A stretch of DNA of 64,000 nt from positions 8,749-72,748 of the forward strand of contig CALIFY010000010.1 of assembly GCA_938021675.1 (NCBI GenBank), in the 5' to 3' direction. Of this stretch, positions 16,681-24,329 are shown in pieces. The DNA comes from an uncultured Acidimicrobiales bacterium (GTDB lineage: Bacteria; Actinomycetota; Acidimicrobiia; Acidimicrobiales; SZUA-35). Every line of letters starts with the position of its first letter. Positions within the stretch are counted from its first letter, which is position 1. The translations under genes and the position numbers were made by a program. Below the pieces are notes generated by a model. It was not told the DNA's origin. It was given only the letters and a program-made list of their open reading frames with translations, and ran no database searches.

Positions 16681-17506
16681 CGGTAGCTCGCTTCCTTTGC
16701 ATGGTTTTCATCAGATCAATGGATGCGACGGGATCGAGTGCGGCGGCACCTAGGTGATCGAATAGCTGTTGGTATGCCGTTACGGCACCGGCTGAGTCGT
16801 GGTACCGCTTACCGATAAGATCCTCAGAACAGGCGATGTACGGCTCGGTCGAGCCTGGCGAGGTCAACAGCTGAAATGCACCGAACGCCACACCGGGTAC
16901 ACCGTCCTCGAAGGTGATAACTCTGATATCGATGTTTTCTTGTTGGCCCATCGCAACGAGGTGTTCGAGTTGCCCAATCATCGTTGATGGGTTCCCCGGG
17001 GCGCGATGCAGTACCGCCTCGTCGATGATGCACGACAACTGAAGGGGGTCCGGCATGCGTTCGAGGACGCCTTGGCGAGCAAGACGGACCTCGGCCCGTC
17101 GGGCGATTTCTTCATCGGTTACCGGAAGGTGGTACGCACTTTCAATCTCATGGGCATACGCCGTGGTCTGGAGTAGTGCCGGCACGACGAGCGGCTCGAA
17201 CGTTCGGACTCGGGACGCGCTTTGTTCGAGGGATGCATAATGGCCAAGCCAGCTCGGCACGTGATGCCCGTTGACGCCGGTGATCTGGCGGCCTTCTACA
17301 TCGAGGAGCCCTTCGAGGTCGACGGGGGTGATCTCAAGAATTTTGGCCAGCGGCTGGCGGTAGATGGCCTTGGGCGTGCTGGTGCCCTGCTCCCATCTGG
17401 CAACGGCAGATGTCGTGACCTGAATGGCTTGAGCTAACGACTCTTGGCTGTACCCGAGCGCCTTTCGACGTGCCGCGAGCTGGATCCGTGCCGGCATGCC
17501 ACTCAT
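16664..17506 (-). CDS. XRE-family helix-turn-helix regulator with a DUF5753-like C-terminal domain (WhiJ/Scr1-type)
   Basis: HTH segment LAARRKALGYSQESLAQAIQVTTSAVARWEQG. The C-terminal domain is typical of DUF397 partners. ATG 17506 (MSGMPARIQ) is preferred over track start 17545. The 3' end overlaps the DUF397 start by 17 nt. Confidence 0.85.
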   Translation of the reverse strand: MSGMPARIQLAARRKALGYSQESLAQAIQVTTSAVARWEQGTSTPKAIYRQPLAKILEITPVDLEGLLDVEGRQITGVNGHHVPSWLGHYASLEQSASRVRTFEPLVVPALLQTTAYAHEIESAYHLPVTDEEIARRAEVRLARQGVLERMPDPLQLSCIIDEAVLHRAPGNPSTMIGQLEHLVAMGQQENIDIRVITFEDGVPGVAFGAFQLLTSPGSTEPYIACSEDLIGKRYHDSAGAVTAYQQLFDHLGAAALDPVASIDLMKTMQRKRATDDYVP

Positions 17507-17583
17507 GGTAGCCCGGATCCCTTTCGTTGTGCCTACGAAATGCAACTATACGTAGTAAGGCTTAGAACAGAAGGGTTTGTGAC

Positions 17584-17609
17584 TGCCTAGTAAATGCCTA
17601 GGAAATGCA
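17584..17609. promoter_or_regulatory. Tandem direct repeat TGCCTAG(T/G)AAATGC x2 in the divergent XRE / orphan-ORF promoter gap; candidate operator
   Basis: TGCCTAGTAAATGCCTAGGAAATGCA, read directly. It sits in the AT-richest 150 bp of the locus, between start 17506 (-) and start 17657 (+). Confidence 0.4.
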
Positions 17610-17656
17610 TCCCTCCGTATCTTGTGGGTCTAGTAATTAGGTAGCAGACTGGCCAT

Positions 17657-17905
17657 ATGGCGGTTGTTGGGTCGAATCAAACGAAGAGATGGGACGGACG
17701 CAAGCCATCGGCGGAACCGTGCGTGGTGGTCACCCCATCGCCGGCAGCGAGTGGTGCTGTGGGCGAGGCAGAAACCATCAGCGTTCGCCTGGGAGATGAC
17801 AACGAGGGCGTCACGTTTGTCGGAACACGAGACGACGTGCATCGCATGATCATCGAAGCCGACCGACAGCTTGGGCAGTTCGCCAGCCGTTTCCCGTTGG
17901 TATAA
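17657..17905 (+). CDS. Orphan 82-aa hypothetical protein
   Basis: ATG start, reasonable GC3, ends in TAA, and is followed within 17 nt by a 16-bp-stem hairpin. No family recognised. Confidence 0.5.
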   Translation: MAVVGSNQTKRWDGRKPSAEPCVVVTPSPAASGAVGEAETISVRLGDDNEGVTFVGTRDDVHRMIIEADRQLGQFASRFPLV

Positions 17906-17921
17906 GGCTTTCTCAAGATCT

Positions 17922-17959
17922 CCCGGTCAGCAGGTTCGCGGCGGAACCTGCTGACCGGG
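17922..17959 (+). terminator. Strong intrinsic-type hairpin (16-bp perfect stem, 6-nt loop)
   Basis: CCCGGTCAGCAGGTTC gcggcg GAACCTGCTGACCGGG, directly after the stop at 17905. There is no U-tract, which is common in high-GC actinobacteria. Confidence 0.75.
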
Positions 17960-18071
17960 ATCCCCGTGCGGGTCGATCATTGGACGTGGTATCGCGCCGG
18001 TGTGCGTCTTGGAGCGTTATGTGCCTTGGGTCAGCGGCCAAGAGCGTTAGAAATGCTGCTGTGATAGAATT

Positions 18072-19847
18072 GTGGTCCTTCGGAACGGTGGCAGCCACAC
18101 CTTTGGGTATCGCTCCACGATCAGAGTGTCCGACCGCCACAAGGGTTCTCGTTCAATTAGCACTTCCCGAACCACTCCATCGCCACGCCAGGGCGGCAAC
18201 CCAGGCAAACCGTCTGGTAGTGACCGGTTGACCGTCCTCCGAGACCTGGTGATTCAGGCGGGGCTCGAAGTGCTCGATCAGCACGGGTTGGGCCTCCAGG
18301 CCGATTCGATTACCTACGCCAAGGTGTTTTCGTACTTGGAGGAGGAACACGGCGTTCGTGTCACCCGGGGGTCGGTCCACGATCGGATCTGGCGAAGCCA
18401 GGACGACTTCCGCAAAGAAGTTCTTCTGACGGCGGCCGAGCAGATGTCGCCCTATCGAGACGGTGAGAGCATTCAGCTGGCCATCGTCTCGGTTCTTCAA
18501 TCGATAGACCGCCATGGGCTGGTCGGCCGTGATCGTGTCCAGGCGTTTTGCAGAATGACCGGCGTCACATTGCTCTCGGTCTATCTGGAGGTCGAGTGGT
18601 TTCGACAGTTCCAGATGCTGAAGGCCGCGGCGAGAAGCGACGACGAGTCCACTGCTGCGCTCAAGGAACGGCTCCAGAAGAACTCCCAGGTGAACACCGA
18701 CGACGGCCTGCGCCGCCTCACGTTTTTGTTCGAAGCCCTGGGACTCCGGCCGAGGCCCGAGTTCGGTGAGCGGAGCATCGACGTGTTTATCGTGCTCGTC
18801 CAAGCACTGGTTTCAGGCGTGCACCTCGACCACCACGCCGGGTTCCGCACGGCATCGTCGAAGGTCGAGACCGATCTCCCCTACATGGGCGAGGGTGCTC
18901 CATGGACCTACTTTGGTCTCGGAATGCTTGCCTACGTCGAGTTTCTTTATGAACTCGACCCAAGCTTTGACCCTGCGACCTATGCGTATCCCATTCCCGA
19001 AAAGGCACCCCGGCTGCCAAAGTCGGATCCATTGGATGACCTCGCCGACCTGGTGAATCCTCGTCCGAGGCGAAGCAGAGAAGAGCTCCGGCGGATGGTG
19101 GTTGCCGCCGGGGTCGAGCTGCTCATTCGCGATGGCCTTGGGCTTGAGGCCGAATCGCTGAGCTATTCGACGGTGTTCGCCCACATTAAGAAGACTCGCG
19201 GCATCTCCCTGCACCGCAGCACGGTACATCCAGCCATTTGGGCCTCGCAGGATGAGTTTCGCTCCGACATTCTCGCCGAGTCGGCCCGCCACGACGATGG
19301 CGAGTGGCTGCTGTCGATGAAGCAGGCCATGGCAGCCCAGAAAGTCACCCGCAATTCAGACGGCTCGGTCAATGTCCGTCAGCTCGTGAACGACAACTTG
19401 CGGGCCATGAACGCGGCGCAACTCAGCAACGCGTTGGTATCGCCGGCCTTCAACCGTTGGCAGTCGATCAAAGGCGCGTTGCTTCCCGGTTCGAGCGACG
19501 ATGCCACCGAAGCCGTTCGCCATGCCGTCCGCCAACACTACGAAGGCCTGCTTGAGAGGCTCGGAGAGTTGTACCGCTCGGTCTTGCCGTTGGTCGGCCT
19601 GACCGTCAACCCCGACCTGGCGATGACCGAAGATCATGCCTATCGGGTGCTGTCCGTGCTCTGCGCCGCTCAGGCAACCGGTGTGGAGTTCAACATTTCG
19701 GCAGGAACGCAGATGGAACCCCGCGAAATCTCTCTACCGAGGGTTGACGGCTCGGGTTTGCAAGAGGATTGGAACGTGCAGGCAGTGGGTTCCCGGGCGG
19801 TCCTCGAACTGTTGTTCACGTCGGTTGATGCTCCAGATTCGGACTGA
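18072..19847 (+). CDS. Large (up to 591 aa) protein made of two homologous TetR-like halves (HTH plus helical domain, duplicated in one chain)
   Basis: Internal repeat. Half 1: RLTVLRDLVIQAGLEVLDQHGLGLQADSITYAKVFSYLEEEHGVRVTRGSVHDRIWRSQDDFRKEVL (from ~18222). Half 2: REELRRMVVAAGVELLIRDGLGLEAESLSYSTVFAHIKKTRGISLHRSTVHPAIWASQDEFRSDIL (from ~19074). Both follow the TetR N-terminal helix1-HTH pattern. The start is uncertain (GTG 18072 is the longest option; in-frame GTG/TTG lie downstream). Confidence 0.6.
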   Translation: MVLRNGGSHTFGYRSTIRVSDRHKGSRSISTSRTTPSPRQGGNPGKPSGSDRLTVLRDLVIQAGLEVLDQHGLGLQADSITYAKVFSYLEEEHGVRVTRGSVHDRIWRSQDDFRKEVLLTAAEQMSPYRDGESIQLAIVSVLQSIDRHGLVGRDRVQAFCRMTGVTLLSVYLEVEWFRQFQMLKAAARSDDESTAALKERLQKNSQVNTDDGLRRLTFLFEALGLRPRPEFGERSIDVFIVLVQALVSGVHLDHHAGFRTASSKVETDLPYMGEGAPWTYFGLGMLAYVEFLYELDPSFDPATYAYPIPEKAPRLPKSDPLDDLADLVNPRPRRSREELRRMVVAAGVELLIRDGLGLEAESLSYSTVFAHIKKTRGISLHRSTVHPAIWASQDEFRSDILAESARHDDGEWLLSMKQAMAAQKVTRNSDGSVNVRQLVNDNLRAMNAAQLSNALVSPAFNRWQSIKGALLPGSSDDATEAVRHAVRQHYEGLLERLGELYRSVLPLVGLTVNPDLAMTEDHAYRVLSVLCAAQATGVEFNISAGTQMEPREISLPRVDGSGLQEDWNVQAVGSRAVLELLFTSVDAPDSD

Positions 19848-19899
19848 TTCTTCTGGAGTTGCGTTCAGCTCCGGTCGGAGGCCGGTTGCTGTTGGGTTG

Positions 19900-19983
<84 letters not shown>

Positions 19984-20068
19984 GAGCGACGTCGGCATGA
20001 TACAGCCCCCCGAGCTCGTTGTGTGGTGCCGAACCATAATGGCCCAAGGGCGAGTACCGTATATAGGC

Positions 20069-20731
20069 ATGGTTCTGAAGAGCTTCGAGGACCGCCTTGA
20101 ACGACTTGTGGAAGGCATGTTCTCTCGTGCGTTTAAGAGCGGCCTTCAGCCGGTCGAGGTTGGCCGTCGCCTCGTCAGGGAGATGGAAGCGAGTCGGACC
20201 GTCGACGTGCGAGGTCGTGCGCTCGCTCCGAATCGGTTCGTGATTCGAGTGGCGGTCGAGGACTTCCAACGGTTTGCTCAAGTCCAGGAGTCATTGCTCG
20301 CTGAACTTACGGCCACCGTTCGGGGTTACGCCGCTCAGGAGAGCCTGAGTTTTCTCGGCCGGGTGTCCATCGAGTTCCAGGCTGATCCGTCGCTTCGGGT
20401 CGGCTTGTTCCGGCTCCACCCGTCCTACGACGAACGGATCCCTGAAGCGTCGGCTGACGGTTGGATCGAAGGTCCGAACGGTGTCCGCTACGATCTCAAG
20501 AACAGTGTGATGACCATCGGTCGCCTGTCGACATCAGACATAGTCGTCGACGACCAGAACGTTTCCCGTCAGCACGCCGAGCTTCATCCGCTCGGTGATT
20601 CGTATCAGCTCATCGATCTTGGGTCGACGAATGGGTGCAAGGTAAACGGTCAGCGAATCGACCGGCATGTATTGGTGGATGGAGATGAGATTGCTCTTGG
20701 ACCTGTCACTCTCTACTTTCGACGACCCTAA
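20069..20731 (+). CDS. fhaA: FhaA: DUF3662-type N-terminal domain plus C-terminal FHA domain
   Basis: MVLKSFEDRLERLVEGMFSRAF... N-terminus. FHA core TIGRLSTSDIVVDDQNVSRQHAEL...LIDLGSTNGCKVNGQRI. Conserved position next to the tRNA-Leu. Confidence 0.9.
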   Translation: MVLKSFEDRLERLVEGMFSRAFKSGLQPVEVGRRLVREMEASRTVDVRGRALAPNRFVIRVAVEDFQRFAQVQESLLAELTATVRGYAAQESLSFLGRVSIEFQADPSLRVGLFRLHPSYDERIPEASADGWIEGPNGVRYDLKNSVMTIGRLSTSDIVVDDQNVSRQHAELHPLGDSYQLIDLGSTNGCKVNGQRIDRHVLVDGDEIALGPVTLYFRRP

Positions 20732-20784
20732 CCGAGGGTTCGAAACTACTTCCCTTGAAGGGAAAAAGGGTTGGCCTGTCAATG

Positions 20785-21285
20785 GTGGGCCCACCTTCTG
20801 TAGTCTGCGGTCCAGTGTCTGACGCGCTCCTCACCCTTTTGAAGTGGTGCCTTCTCGGTTTGGTGTACCTGTTCTTCTTTCGAGTGCTCCAGGCGACGTG
20901 GTTCGGATCGACGACTAACGTGGCGGTACGGCGGGTAAACGGATCGCGCCGCCAGAGGCGCAAGTCGGAGCCTCGCCAGGTTACGAGCCACATACCGGAG
21001 GCATTAAGTCTGGTCGTTCTGGAGCCACCGGCGGATGCCGGACGACAATTCCCAGTGAACGGAGAGTTGACGATTGGCCGCGCCGCCGGTTGTCAGATCA
21101 GCCTCGATGACACCTATATGTCGCAGCTGCATGCCCGGGTTTCGTCAACCGAACAAGGCGTGGTAATCGAGGATCTGGGATCGACGAACGGTACATATCT
21201 CAATCGTCAACGGGTTACCGCCCCGGTGGTTGGGGCTCCCGGCGACCGATTGCAGCTCGGCGGCATCGTTATGGAGCTCCGATGA
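20785..21285 (+). CDS. fhaB: FhaB/FipA: small membrane-anchored FHA-domain protein
   Basis: TM helix LLKWCLLGLVYLFFFRVL. FHA core TIGRAAGCQISLDDTYMSQLHARV...IEDLGSTNGTYLNRQRV. The start is ambiguous (TTG 20755, ATG 20785, GTG 20815). The stop overlaps the pstP start (ATGA). Confidence 0.8.
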   Translation: MGPPSVVCGPVSDALLTLLKWCLLGLVYLFFFRVLQATWFGSTTNVAVRRVNGSRRQRRKSEPRQVTSHIPEALSLVVLEPPADAGRQFPVNGELTIGRAAGCQISLDDTYMSQLHARVSSTEQGVVIEDLGSTNGTYLNRQRVTAPVVGAPGDRLQLGGIVMELR

Positions 21286-22889
21286 AACTCCTCGGCGCCA
21301 CGGCATCCCACGTCGGCAACCTCCGCGACACCAACCAGGACCGAGCCTTCTTCCGTGGATGCACCGCAGCCCTGGCCGACGGCATGGGTGGCCATCAGGG
21401 CGGCGAGCGGGCGGCCGAGCTGGCGATAGACGAATTCGATAATTCGAAGGAGCATTTGTCCGAGGACGACCTCGTCCAGTTGGTGGTCGATGCAAATCGC
21501 CATGTCCACGGTCATGCGGTCGACAACGGGCTGCCGGGAATGGGCACAACGCTGGTGGCGCTCACGCTCCACGGAGACGACACGATCACCATCGCCAACG
21601 TCGGCGACAGCAGAGCGTATTGGTTGCGTGGCGAATACATGAGTCAGATCACGCAAGACCACAGCTTTGTTGAGGATCTGGTCCGCCAGGGCAAGCTCAC
21701 ATCGGAAGAGGCGGCGGTTCATCCTCAGCGTAATATCTTGACCCGCGCCGTCGGCATCGGGGCTGAGATCGAGGTCGATAGATTCACCGTCGAAGAGCCG
21801 ATGATCGGCGACCGATTCCTGCTTTGCAGCGACGGATTGTTCAACGAGGTATCCGAAGAAGACATCCGGCTGATCCTGGTCGACACCGAGGGCTGCCACG
21901 TCACCGCGGCTGCCTTGATCGACGCCGCGCTCGACACCCCCTGTCGTGACAATGTCACGGTTACCGTCGTCGATGTGGTCGGCAACGACCACCCGTTGGT
22001 AGCTGACCTCGACGATCCGCTGGAAGCCGATGTCGACACCGTCGACACGCTCGAGACGGTCGACCCCGATCGCACCCGGACAGCCCAAGTGCCGATGGTG
22101 CCCACCCCGGCAACTGGGGTTGGCGATGGTGCCGTCGCCAGCCATCAGGTCACCGCTCTGGCGGCGGCCGATACCACCGAGGTGTACGAGACCCCGCCGG
22201 CGGTGAAGGTCTCCCCGCCAGAACAGCAGCCGGTGGTGACCGACACGTTGGTTCTCGACCAGCGAGCTCTCGATCCCGATCAGGTTCCGTCAATTCTCGA
22301 AGATGAACGGCACGAGGAGGAGTACCTCGATTTCGATCCGGTCTATCCGGAGGAGACCGCCGAACATGAGGTCATCGAAAGCCCAGGCCAAGTTCGCACC
22401 CGGGGACCGATCGCTGCGGTGCTGGTTGGCGGACTGGTTGCGGTAGCGCTGCTGGCCGGTGGGTATGTCGCCGCCCGGTGGTACGCCCAGACCGGGTACT
22501 TCATCGACGACGAAGACGAACAGCTCGTCATCTTCCAAGGTCGACGAGGCGGCTTCCTGTGGTTCGAGCCGGTCGATGTCGGTCGGTTCGATGTGCCGCT
22601 CGATGAACTGAGCGCTGCCGAGGTCGCAGCGATAGAGCAATCCAGCTTCGATTCACGCCAAGAGGCCGAGGGGCTCGTCGAAACGTTGCGTCAATCGGCG
22701 ACCGACGGCGAGACAGCGAACGAGGCCGACTCGGTCGGTAGTGGCGAGGGCAGGCAGGTAAACAGAGATGCCCCATCGGCAACTACCTCGGATGGGGCCG
22801 ACGCCACCGGCGCGGTCGATGGCATCGTCAGCAACGAAGAGGCGGACGACGTAGGTACCAGGGGCTCCACCGAGGCGACTGAGGGCTGA
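21282..22889 (+). CDS. pstP: PP2C-family Ser/Thr phosphatase with C-terminal TM helix and extracytoplasmic domain
   Basis: SHVGNLRDTNQDRAF, LADGMGGHQGGERAA, NVGDSRAY and LLCSDGL motifs. TM helix IAAVLVGGLVAVALLAGGYVAA. Confidence 0.9.
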   Translation: MKLLGATASHVGNLRDTNQDRAFFRGCTAALADGMGGHQGGERAAELAIDEFDNSKEHLSEDDLVQLVVDANRHVHGHAVDNGLPGMGTTLVALTLHGDDTITIANVGDSRAYWLRGEYMSQITQDHSFVEDLVRQGKLTSEEAAVHPQRNILTRAVGIGAEIEVDRFTVEEPMIGDRFLLCSDGLFNEVSEEDIRLILVDTEGCHVTAAALIDAALDTPCRDNVTVTVVDVVGNDHPLVADLDDPLEADVDTVDTLETVDPDRTRTAQVPMVPTPATGVGDGAVASHQVTALAAADTTEVYETPPAVKVSPPEQQPVVTDTLVLDQRALDPDQVPSILEDERHEEEYLDFDPVYPEETAEHEVIESPGQVRTRGPIAAVLVGGLVAVALLAGGYVAARWYAQTGYFIDDEDEQLVIFQGRRGGFLWFEPVDVGRFDVPLDELSAAEVAAIEQSSFDSRQEAEGLVETLRQSATDGETANEADSVGSGEGRQVNRDAPSATTSDGADATGAVDGIVSNEEADDVGTRGSTEATEG

Positions 22890-22891
22890 CC

Positions 22892-24274
22892 ATGCGAGCT
22901 CGAACGGTGGAGCTTGGGTTGTTGGTCTTGGCCACCCTCATCACCTGTGTCGGTTATGGCATGGTGCTGTTGGCCAAACAATCGGCCGACGCCGCCAGCG
23001 ATGTGCAAAACACCTTCCAGACCGAGGTCGGGGGGTTCATGGGGATCGTCGTTGGGCTGTTACTGGCTGCTCACGTGGTCGTCCGGATGTTCGCCCCTCT
23101 GGCCGATGGGCTATTGCTTCCAGTGGCGGCACTGCTCAACGGGCTCGGGTATGTGATGATCGCCCGCCTCGATGAAGGGCTGGCCGCCAAACAAACCGGC
23201 TGGACGTTCATCGGGCTCGGTGCGTTCAGCGCGGTACTGCTGCTGTTGCGCGAGCCGAAGAAGCTGCAGCCATACCGCTACACGTTCGCCGTCATCGGCG
23301 TCGGCCTCTTACTCCTTCCGCTCGTTCCCGGGATCGGGGTCAGGATAAACGGTGCCCAAATTTGGTTGCGCCTCGGGCCCTTTTCTATCCAGCCAGGCGA
23401 GTTCGCCAAGATCGTGTTGGCGGTGTTCCTCGCCGGCTACCTGGCCGACAAACGCGAACTGTTGACGCTGACCAATCGTCGACTTGGTCCGATTCACCTA
23501 CCGGACCTCCGGCATTTCGGGCCGATGCTGTTGGCCTGGGGTATGGCCTTGATGGTAATGATCGCCCAGCGGGATCTTGGCTCGTCGCTGTTGTTGTTCA
23601 CGTTGTTCGTCGTCATGTTCTACGTCGCGACGTCGAAAACGGCCTACGTGCTGACCGGGCTGGTGATGTTCATGGCCGGCGCCGTCACGTCGTGGCGTCT
23701 GTTTTCTCACGTCCAGACTCGAGTAGACATTTGGATCGATCCGTTTGCCGACCCGAAAGGGGCTGGTTTCCAAATCGCCGAAGCAAGCTTCGCGTTGGCC
23801 GACGGCGGTCTCACCGGCACCGGGCTTGGCCAGGGCACGCCGAAGAAAATTCCGTTCGCTCCGACCGACATGATCTTCGCCGCGTTTGGCGAAGAGATGG
23901 GTCTCTTGGGGGCCACCGCCATCTTGGTGACGTTCCTGTTCTTTGTCGGCGCCGGTTTTCGGGTCGCCACCAACGCCCGTTCGCCGTTCGAACAGCTGTT
24001 GGCCGTTGGGTTGACGTCTCTGCTCGGGTTCCAAGCGTTCATAATTATCGGCGGAATCCTGCGGGTATTGCCGTTGACCGGTGTGACCTTGCCCTTCGTG
24101 TCCTACGGAGGATCGTCGCTCATATCCAACTACATCATCTTGGCCATCCTCGTCCGCATCTCGCATAACTCTGTCAATCAGGCAGCCGAGGAATTGGAGG
24201 AGATCAACAGCGAGGCTGGCGAGGTCGGTGTGAGTTCGAAGACTCGGGCCAAGTGGAAGGCTGTGTCGGCATGA
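22892..24274 (+). CDS. rodA: SEDS-family peptidoglycan glycosyltransferase (RodA/FtsW)
   Basis: 460 aa with about 10 TM helices and FtsW/RodA motifs (IQPGEFAKI..., PFAPTDMIFAAFGEEMGLLG, TLPFVSYGGSS). Conserved position. Confidence 0.9.
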   Translation: MRARTVELGLLVLATLITCVGYGMVLLAKQSADAASDVQNTFQTEVGGFMGIVVGLLLAAHVVVRMFAPLADGLLLPVAALLNGLGYVMIARLDEGLAAKQTGWTFIGLGAFSAVLLLLREPKKLQPYRYTFAVIGVGLLLLPLVPGIGVRINGAQIWLRLGPFSIQPGEFAKIVLAVFLAGYLADKRELLTLTNRRLGPIHLPDLRHFGPMLLAWGMALMVMIAQRDLGSSLLLFTLFVVMFYVATSKTAYVLTGLVMFMAGAVTSWRLFSHVQTRVDIWIDPFADPKGAGFQIAEASFALADGGLTGTGLGQGTPKKIPFAPTDMIFAAFGEEMGLLGATAILVTFLFFVGAGFRVATNARSPFEQLLAVGLTSLLGFQAFIIIGGILRVLPLTGVTLPFVSYGGSSLISNYIILAILVRISHNSVNQAAEELEEINSEAGEVGVSSKTRAKWKAVSA

Positions 24275-24329
24275 GAACGCTCGACCTCAGTACCCGAAGT
24301 TCCGGTGGATCTGCTGACGGGCCGGCGCG

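Noticed and set aside
16177-19899. An intact prophage, ICE or toxin-antitoxin island next to the tRNA.
   Set aside because: I found no integrase, recombinase, replication or structural genes, and by eye no att-like repeat of the tRNA 3' end. Only the weaker claim of an acquired or remnant regulator islet is kept as a finding.
21207-22145. 312-aa minus-strand ORF. The similar antisense ORFs at 59437-60375, 23498-24166, 36130-36975, 3271-4077 and 43069-43842 were treated the same way.
   Set aside because: Each is fully nested antisense to a gene with strong family motifs (pstP, tadB, rodA, ABC ATPase, dodecin genes, aroC). These are high-GC stop-codon-poor artefacts.
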